DNA of 56,703 nucleotides from the IMG/VR virus record IMGVR_UViG_3300033141_000963, positions 1 through 56,703 of that record; one strand, 5' to 3'. A program made the position numbers and the translations under genes. Origin of the DNA: a virus (lineage: Duplodnaviria; Caudoviricetes). Positions 50,411 through 56,703 of the stretch are shown here, piece by piece (within the stretch, counting starts at the first letter, position 1; the number at the start of each line of letters is the position of its first letter). The notes beneath the pieces were generated by a model that saw only the letters and a program-made list of their open reading frames with translations, did no database searches and was not told where the DNA came from.

Positions 50411-51498
50411 TAATCTTGAACCTTTCCTCCTCCAGAACCATACTTGCCTACAGTATATCCGGGAGCCATGTAGTGTTTAGTAACCCAGTCAATTCCTTTG
50501 AGCTTAATCATGTATCTGACTTGCTCACACTTACTCATTGTTTCACCATACTTCGTTCTCTGTCCGGGTCTATGTTCCTTTAGAGGTTCAATGTTAGTCC
50601 CTTCAAAAGTTGTCTTTCCAGCATGGCACATCGTTCGACACTTCCAGCAATCCTTTGGTCTGATTCTTGGAAGTATCTGTGGCTCATCCGTATCCCTGAT
50701 TTCCTCAAATCTTTTTCTCAGAATTTCTTCTGTTTGTTTCATGTCGGAATCTTGATAGTGGACAGTAAATGGACCACCAGTGTTGATGAAGTAGATTGTC
50801 ATTAGGAATGTGTGAGCTTCTGGATATAGCCTTTTACAAGCATAGTGGTACATTCGCAACTGCGGATTATTGAATAAATTATTCTGATTATATTCTTTAC
50901 CAGATGCCCAGTCTTTTCTCATTCCTGTTTTCCAGTCTACAACCTCATAGACACCATCACCGAGATCACTAACTAAGTCAATAGTCCCTTTTAGTGCTAA
51001 GTGTCCAGATAAATTATACTCTGGATATTCGTACTTTGCCCAATCTTCTTCGATCTCAAAGTCAAAATGAGGTTCCGCATCAACAACATCTCGCTGTCTC
51101 GGATCATACATGCCATCCTTATACTTTAGAGCTTTCCATGCCCAGCTTAGACAATCCTCAAAGTCTCTATCCCTCCAAGCGTTTTTGCCGGTATGGTAGT
51201 TGAAGAGTTGGGTGTAATGCTCGTATACCCTAGCACCGATTGAGTTTAGATATTCCGGCTCATAATTATCAGTAAAAACTTCTCCAATATCTTCGTCATC
51301 AATTACAGCTTTGCCTTCTTGTGCTGCCTTTTTGCATAGTGCTGTAATTTCTAGAATTTTATGAGTAATAGTGCCCTTGTCAGCTTTTTTACCACCAAGT
51401 CCACGCAAACCAAGCGTATATTCGGTATAGAACTGCATGGGACAAGTCCTATGAGTATTAAAGGAACTACTTCTGAAATATACGATTGGGATACCCAT
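50410..51498 (-). CDS. PD-(D/E)XK exonuclease, Cas4/AddB-like with Fe-S-type cysteines (362 aa)
   Basis: SSS...TCP; GT..H..LE; KGTIDLV...VVDWKTG; QLRMY; CWKCRTMC. Confidence 0.85.
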   Translation of the reverse strand: MGIPIVYFRSSSFNTHRTCPMQFYTEYTLGLRGLGGKKADKGTITHKILEITALCKKAAQEGKAVIDDEDIGEVFTDNYEPEYLNSIGARVYEHYTQLFNYHTGKNAWRDRDFEDCLSWAWKALKYKDGMYDPRQRDVVDAEPHFDFEIEEDWAKYEYPEYNLSGHLALKGTIDLVSDLGDGVYEVVDWKTGMRKDWASGKEYNQNNLFNNPQLRMYHYACKRLYPEAHTFLMTIYFINTGGPFTVHYQDSDMKQTEEILRKRFEEIRDTDEPQILPRIRPKDCWKCRTMCHAGKTTFEGTNIEPLKEHRPGQRTKYGETMSKCEQVRYMIKLKGIDWVTKHYMAPGYTVGKYGSGGGKVQD

Positions 51499-51499
51499 A

Positions 51500-52249
51500 T
51501 TAAACTCCTAAATCTGTAAGGTTCTGACATTCCAGATCTTTCAATGCAAAGTAAACCTTTTTATTTAGTTCTGGAATCTGAAGGTTTTGATTATTGATAA
51601 CAGTGTGGCACAATGACAAATTGACCTTTTCACTAGCATGTGTATCTTTTGATTTAAAGATGTCACGCTTCAAGCCAAGGATCAGTGCCCCTTTTTCTTT
51701 CAATAAATTAATTTCATTCTCAAACCTAACATCGCAGACAAGTGCAATCTTAGGATTATCTTTATTAATTCTTCTAACAAGCGTATCAACCCAGATATTC
51801 TCATACATATTCCTGAATACTTCCGTACCCATATATTGTAGAAACTCTCTAATGGTCATAAAGCCTGTTTTTCCGGGAACCTTCTTTGGCATATCTTTCC
51901 ACTTCAGGTGCGTAGACTCATTCTTATCATCATCCGTTCCATATACCTTATTCTCAGGTATTCCAAAAACGTCAATCGCCATACGCTTCAATGGATCTGC
52001 CAACGCATACAGCTTTACGGAGTCCATTTGCTCCATAACAGCCTTTACATTTACGAAAGGTTCCTTGAATGGAAAATAGTCGTCATCAGTTGTTTCTCCA
52101 AAAACATCTGACACTTCTATGTTGCCATGCTTATCAAGTCTAGCTTTCTTGCAAACACCATCCTCAATTAACTTGAGCATAATGATGAAATTGCAGCATG
52201 TGTTTTTGCCGCTTTGCTTTTTACCGGCAAATCCAATAATCTGTGTCAT
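51500..52249 (-). CDS. Deoxynucleoside monophosphate kinase (T4 gp1-like)
   Basis: IIGFAGKKQSGKNT, LADPLK, REFLQYMGTE, DVRFENE, HASE. Confidence 0.9.
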   Translation of the reverse strand: MTQIIGFAGKKQSGKNTCCNFIIMLKLIEDGVCKKARLDKHGNIEVSDVFGETTDDDYFPFKEPFVNVKAVMEQMDSVKLYALADPLKRMAIDVFGIPENKVYGTDDDKNESTHLKWKDMPKKVPGKTGFMTIREFLQYMGTEVFRNMYENIWVDTLVRRINKDNPKIALVCDVRFENEINLLKEKGALILGLKRDIFKSKDTHASEKVNLSLCHTVINNQNLQIPELNKKVYFALKDLECQNLTDLGV

Positions 52250-52477
52250 TTACTGATCTCCATATTTTTCTTCGAGCAATTCTAGCATTTCTAGCCTGTC
52301 TGTTGCGTCAACTAATTTGTTCAATGCTTCGTCTAGGTTGTCCAGATAGTCTTGTGTCGAATGTTCTCCGACACCAGCAGAACTATGAAACAGTAGCTCG
52401 AACGACATCAAGGCAGCTTGATAGTCTGATTCAGCTTTGTTATACAAGTAGTCGATTGCATGTCTTTTAACGCTCAT
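52250..52477 (-). CDS. Hypothetical helical protein (75 aa)
   Basis: ATGA overlap with primase stop; GVGEH motif. Confidence 0.65.
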   Translation of the reverse strand: MSVKRHAIDYLYNKAESDYQAALMSFELLFHSSAGVGEHSTQDYLDNLDEALNKLVDATDRLEMLELLEEKYGDQ

Positions 52478-53619
52478 TGATATACCTCTTTTGCTTGATT
52501 GATTAATGGTAAAATATCTTCTGTAACCTCGTTGGTGCTCATTTCACCAACATCGCTTTTATTAATATCAACTATATAAACCCTATAGGTTCTTTCAAGT
52601 TGATCTTTAATTTTCTCAGCAGCCTCTTGTCCGGCATTGTTTTCATCATTATCCATTATAATAACAACTGTTAATGCACCCGATTCATCTATAAGATGTC
52701 TCTGAGGTGGGTTTAGCGATGTACCGAACAGGGCTACAGAGTTATGAATACCTGATTCCTCAAGTCTCCATACGTTTCCGGGGGATTCTACAAGTATTAT
52801 CACTCCGCTAGAGACAATATGTTCTTTGGCCTTATGATAATTATACAATGCTTTTTCCTTCTCAAACCCTTTTGTGTGCCTCCATTTCGGAAAATAAAAG
52901 CAATCTTTTTGAGGATCGTGATAAGAGCCGCATTTTTCACATGCATCGAATATACTTCTTCCAGTAAACCCGATGATAGTTTCTCCGAGGTCATCATAAA
53001 CTGGAACAACTGCTCGATTAAACATTGGCTTACCATAGGTCTTGCAAGTACCAACGTCATAATCATCAAGGACTTCTATTCCGTATCCACGTTTGAGATA
53101 ATATTGAGATGGAATCTCTACTCTGTCTCTATAAAAGTCTCTTGTTATTGTTCCACGAGCTTTGCTGCCAGACAAGCCAGAAACCATTCGGTTAAATTCA
53201 TGGTTGCCAGAATCAATTGATTGACCCTTTAGACCATTAAAGTTTAATTTATATCTGTCCAGCAAGAACTCGATAGTCTGATCGAAAGATACTGTTTTAT
53301 CCCCCGGAACATTCCAACCATATTTGATTCGTGAAAGTCCTCCACGAATCATACTTAACAATGAAGTCCCAAAATGAGCTTCACATCCATGAGTCCTACA
53401 TTTGTAATGAACTCTATAGTCTGCATCATAGTAAAGATTCAAAGCTGTCTTGTTATCACCGCCGTGAATAAAACATTCTGAGAAATAAACTTTCTGACCT
53501 CGATGGTGTTCAACATCAAAGTAGTCATAAATATCTTCAAGATTATCTAGGACGACTTCTGTTAGCTCATTTATCTTTGATTGATCTTTATATTTAGAAA
53601 GCCACGTCTTCTTCGTCAT
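52474..53619 (-). CDS. dnaG: DNA primase, DnaG-like
   Basis: Zn domain CFIH...C..HGC; NRAVVPV...IGFTGRS; LYNY; TOPRIM ILVES...MDND..AG; start at ATG 53619 preferred over 53643. Confidence 0.88.
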   Translation of the reverse strand: MTKKTWLSKYKDQSKINELTEVVLDNLEDIYDYFDVEHHRGQKVYFSECFIHGGDNKTALNLYYDADYRVHYKCRTHGCEAHFGTSLLSMIRGGLSRIKYGWNVPGDKTVSFDQTIEFLLDRYKLNFNGLKGQSIDSGNHEFNRMVSGLSGSKARGTITRDFYRDRVEIPSQYYLKRGYGIEVLDDYDVGTCKTYGKPMFNRAVVPVYDDLGETIIGFTGRSIFDACEKCGSYHDPQKDCFYFPKWRHTKGFEKEKALYNYHKAKEHIVSSGVIILVESPGNVWRLEESGIHNSVALFGTSLNPPQRHLIDESGALTVVIIMDNDENNAGQEAAEKIKDQLERTYRVYIVDINKSDVGEMSTNEVTEDILPLINQAKEVYQ

Positions 53620-55048
53620 CTTCTTCTTCCGTATAAGAACCACCTTCTGCTAATTCATAAGCTGTTTGTCCTTCGGTGAGTTTTGCATATGCACCTTTCA
53701 TGAGGACATTGATATAATCGCCATCGTCTAGTCCCTCGCCATGTCTAGCGATAATTGGTACTAGCTTTCGGTTGCCATTTTCAGGCCCATCTTGTGCGAT
53801 CTCTTCATCTGATTTCTGCTTATAAATCGTAAAGTTTGAACATAGCCACATGATTCTATCAGAACCACTAGCCGCATCAGTTGATTCTTTATTAATACCA
53901 TCCCTATTAAGCTGAATGAAAGAAAGGATTGGTACTTCGTATCGAAGTGCGAAGTTGTGTAACGCAGTCATCATGAAACCTAGAAGCTGAAATTCCTTGA
54001 GGTCGCTCTTGGCAAGCTCAGATGCTTCCATAAGTTTCAAATAGTCATAAACAATAACGCAGTCTTTTGCTTTGCCTTGGTCATTAAGACCAACTACTTT
54101 GGCAATCCAACGCCGCATGATTGATACTTGATCCTCGAATGGTTTGCCACCAATGTTTTTATGGTAGAACGGAATGTTCTTTTTCTTATTAGCCAACTCC
54201 ATAAGGGAGTTTTTCCTAAAGTCATTCTTAGCAAATTGACCAGTTTCAATATCATTGATAGTGGCTTTACCAGCAGTTCCATATGAAAGCATGGAGCCTC
54301 CACGATTTTGCTGGTCTTTCTTTGTCATCTCGGTATCGAGATAGAGAACAGGAATATCTCGGTTAGCAATATCCGCCCCCATGTTAAGGCCAATCAAGCT
54401 CTTACCAACCTTGGTTCTAGCTCCGATAACATTCACGGTTCCCTTTCTCAATCCACCACCGATTGCAAAGTCATACTTTGTAAATCCAGTGGCAATACCG
54501 ATTTGGTCAATTTGATTCTCTGCCCTATCTTCTAGGTACTCATCCAAGTCACCGAACAAAAGTTCAGGTGCATCGTCATGGTCATTAAGAAGAGAGGTGA
54601 AGTCAAAGATTGATTCTTCTGCAAGCCCCAAGATATGAGATACAGACTCATCACCCTTTAATTGCAAATATTTCTCTTTGGTATCATCAAGCTGATCTAC
54701 CATCATTCTAGCTATTTGTAGCTTCCTCGCCTTTGCAGCGAACTTTCTGACGTTCTCAAAAAGAACAGGAAACTTCATGATTGCATTTAGATGTGCGATC
54801 TCATTTTTATTGTTAAAGAAATCACTAAGACCTATCTCTTTAGCAGATGATAAGATCGAAGGTACATCAATTTTCCTTGTATCATCTTCCTCTAATAGTC
54901 TTTTTACGCAAGCAAAAATTATAGAGTTAGAATCAATAGTAAAAGTGTTGGTATCTACAATGTCAGCAACATCAAAATACGCCTCAGAGCCATGTCTAAC
55001 AATACCTGATAGAACTGCTCTCTCTGCTGCTGGATCAGCTAAAATCAT
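53594..55048 (-). CDS. dnaB: Replicative DNA helicase, DnaB-like (484 aa)
   Basis: AERAVL, GIATGF, Walker A GARTKVGKS, LDTEM, VYDYLKLM, QLNR, ARHG. Confidence 0.93.
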   Translation of the reverse strand: MILADPAAERAVLSGIVRHGSEAYFDVADIVDTNTFTIDSNSIIFACVKRLLEEDDTRKIDVPSILSSAKEIGLSDFFNNKNEIAHLNAIMKFPVLFENVRKFAAKARKLQIARMMVDQLDDTKEKYLQLKGDESVSHILGLAEESIFDFTSLLNDHDDAPELLFGDLDEYLEDRAENQIDQIGIATGFTKYDFAIGGGLRKGTVNVIGARTKVGKSLIGLNMGADIANRDIPVLYLDTEMTKKDQQNRGGSMLSYGTAGKATINDIETGQFAKNDFRKNSLMELANKKKNIPFYHKNIGGKPFEDQVSIMRRWIAKVVGLNDQGKAKDCVIVYDYLKLMEASELAKSDLKEFQLLGFMMTALHNFALRYEVPILSFIQLNRDGINKESTDAASGSDRIMWLCSNFTIYKQKSDEEIAQDGPENGNRKLVPIIARHGEGLDDGDYINVLMKGAYAKLTEGQTAYELAEGGSYTEEEDDEEDVAF

Positions 55049-55053
55049 TTAAA

Positions 55054-55617
55054 TCACCATCCCGCTTGAGTAGAACAAGAATTACATTTCCAACGATTAA
55101 CATTTGCGACAAGTGCAGAAGAAACTTCATATTCATCTCCACACACACAACAATCGACATCAACTAAAGATGACTGCCTTTTAGGTTTTTTAAAGCTAGT
55201 TCTTTGACTTCTAGCCTTCTCATCTTCTGCTGATGCGTTACTCAATTCTACTCGCTCATTTGCATCAAGACCAGCATTACCGATCATTTCTTCAAACTTA
55301 TTTTCTCTTGGTCTATCAATATCCATAGGTAAAACTCTACAGGACTTTCCCCTAGAGCCTCTGCTTTTACCTTTTCTCTTGGATTTTCTCTTGCCAGACC
55401 TTCTGCCTGAATCCTCTTGAGCTTGAGCTTTACTCTTAGAGTTTCCTCTGCCTTTTCTTCTTTTATTAGGTGAGCCTTCCCTTGTAGAATGAATGTGAGT
55501 GTTAAACGTCTTTTCTTCTTCTTGGGGTTGTGGCTCATTATTACCACCCAGCAACTCTACTAAATCATCCTCGCTTAATTTATCTAATAGTTTTGCTATG
55601 AGTTCTTTTTTATTCAT
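55054..55617 (-). CDS. Hypothetical protein, basic low-complexity centre and C-terminal zinc ribbon (187 aa)
   Basis: K/R/S-rich tract; CCVCG...WKCNSC. Confidence 0.65.
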   Translation of the reverse strand: MNKKELIAKLLDKLSEDDLVELLGGNNEPQPQEEEKTFNTHIHSTREGSPNKRRKGRGNSKSKAQAQEDSGRRSGKRKSKRKGKSRGSRGKSCRVLPMDIDRPRENKFEEMIGNAGLDANERVELSNASAEDEKARSQRTSFKKPKRQSSLVDVDCCVCGDEYEVSSALVANVNRWKCNSCSTQAGW

Positions 55618-56102
55618 TTCATCACCTTTGCCCTTTGCAGGTTCACAAACAAATCTCCTATATTTTTTACAGAAGTTGCTAAATATGTTAATCTCTCTGC
55701 ACGTTGCTCTGCATAATTTTTAAGACGCAACAAGTCTTTTGTGTGGGAGTTCTCATTTACAGCTTGTATGAATTGACTATCCCATGAGCCTCTGTACTGA
55801 GCTTCCTTGCCAGAAATCAGAGACTTTATTTTATTAGCTGCCCACTTTGCTCTTGCAGATTCTCTATTGTAGCACCTTTGCAGATGAAAAGAAAAACCAG
55901 CAAGAAGAATAGCCGCTTGAGCACAATCTTCAATACTCAACCGTTCCATTTGTTCTCTGGACATAGACATATATTTCTTGACTTCGGTTTCCTGTTCATG
56001 CGTTTCAGAATAACCAGACAATCCGACCTTGGTTTCATATTCATCCAAAGCGACATCTAGTTTTCCCATCTGGTCTAACGCGATTGAATTATCTCTTTCC
56101 AT
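55614..56102 (-). CDS. Helical protein, possible UvsY-like recombination mediator (162 aa)
   Basis: All-helical coiled-coil character, size and location just downstream of recA; weak functional call. Confidence 0.4.
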   Translation of the reverse strand: MERDNSIALDQMGKLDVALDEYETKVGLSGYSETHEQETEVKKYMSMSREQMERLSIEDCAQAAILLAGFSFHLQRCYNRESARAKWAANKIKSLISGKEAQYRGSWDSQFIQAVNENSHTKDLLRLKNYAEQRAERLTYLATSVKNIGDLFVNLQRAKVMK

Positions 56103-56482
56103 TCCTCCACCTTTTTATCATATGGTAGTTCAATGAGAGTGATGTTATTTGTTTCACACCAATCTCTTTTGTCGGTATCATTCTTTCTCTGATTTAGAAA
56201 GTCCTGTGCGGAAGCATGGTACATAGTATTAAACTTATAATGCTGTTGACCATGAACTTCCACAGCTAATTTAATATTATTAATAAAGAAGTCTAGATAT
56301 TGAGTCTTACTTCTTGGTTTGATAGGAACTTCTTCAAGAATACGCATTGTCGGAAACAACTCGTAAAGAATTTTCCTAGCCTCAGTGTGGAGTTTTGATC
56401 TACGTCTAGAATCGCTTGCAGTAACAATATCTCCAGTTGGCTTCCAAGTGCTTACATTTCCATGTAAATCTCTTACTTTCAT
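56075..56482 (-). CDS. Vsr/DUF559-like PD-(D/E)XK endonuclease (135 aa)
   Basis: ILEE...YLDFF....LAVEVHGQQH...D..K..WC..NNI.LI. Confidence 0.8.
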   Translation of the reverse strand: MKVRDLHGNVSTWKPTGDIVTASDSRRRSKLHTEARKILYELFPTMRILEEVPIKPRSKTQYLDFFINNIKLAVEVHGQQHYKFNTMYHASAQDFLNQRKNDTDKRDWCETNNITLIELPYDKKVEEWKEIIQSR

Positions 56483-56703
56483 GCCATGCCTACCATCTCG
56501 AATACCTGTTGCCTTAATTCATCATAGTATTCTGGGTTATTCTCTAGATAAGTTGCAAAGTTAGACATACCTTGAACCTTCTCACCATTAGGTAAAGTTA
56601 GCCAAGTCTTTCCTTCTACTAATCCATAATCCTTAGCCAATTCAGCTAATTCATATTCATTCCAGATACCATGCCCATACTTAATTATACTCGTAACTTT
56701 TTG
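56479..56703 (-). CDS. recA: RecA C-terminal region (5' truncated; not in the ORF track)
   Basis: My translation: QKVTSIIKYGHGIWNEYELAELAKDYGLVEGKTWLTLPNGEKVQGMSNFATYLENNPEYYDELRQQVFEMVGMA*, matching the RecA C-terminal domain (I.YG.GI....EL......G.....W....K.QG......L..NP); ATGA overlap with next gene. Confidence 0.85.
   Translation of the reverse strand, partial: QKVTSIIKYGHGIWNEYELAELAKDYGLVEGKTWLTLPNGEKVQGMSNFATYLENNPEYYDELRQQVFEMVGMA

Noticed and set aside
50410-51498. CRISPR-Cas system suggested by the Cas4-like gene
   Set aside because: No repeat-spacer array or other cas genes; solo Cas4/AddB-like nucleases are common in phage replication modules.
1-56703. tRNA, rRNA or other structured RNA genes
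   Set aside because: All intergenic gaps are under ~100 nt and show only terminator-type hairpins; no cloverleaf motifs noticed.

Overview
An AT-rich, gene-dense fragment of a large tailed dsDNA phage (probably siphovirus-like: tail tube and tape measure present, no sheath gene), read in the standard genetic code, with two convergent arms meeting at a terminator near 36.5 kb. The + arm (1-36492) is a virion module: beta-rich fibre/decoration proteins, a PIE-repeat fibre plus fibre adaptor, neck and tail-completion proteins, tail tube, three chaperone-position genes, a 3291-aa tape measure protein, a distal tail protein and a 3101-aa tail-tip protein whose C-terminal ~1960 aa is a cysteine-punctuated repeat fibre, followed by a small CGC-motif protein. 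The - arm (36556-56703) holds recA (partial), a Vsr-like nuclease, a UvsY-like protein, dnaB, dnaG, dNMP kinase, a Cas4/AddB-like nuclease, an intein-less split dnaE with a DEDDh exonuclease gene between the halves, a sigma factor, a nine-gene glycosyltransferase/nucleotidyltransferase operon, a homing-type endonuclease and a Rad52-like annealase. Best leads: (1) a possible virion glycosylation system (GT operon, S/T-G-rich virion proteins, and restriction-site avoidance arguing that DNA is not the substrate); (2) a PD-(D/E)XK nuclease-like cargo inside the tape measure protein; (3) a putatively disulfide-stapled giant fibre with a neighbouring CGC protein; (4) the intein-less split DnaE; (5) apparently complete avoidance of CCWGG, GCGC and several 6-bp palindromes. 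All functional calls come from motif recognition and gene order by eye; no searches or computed statistics were run, counts are manual, and the host cannot be identified from this window.
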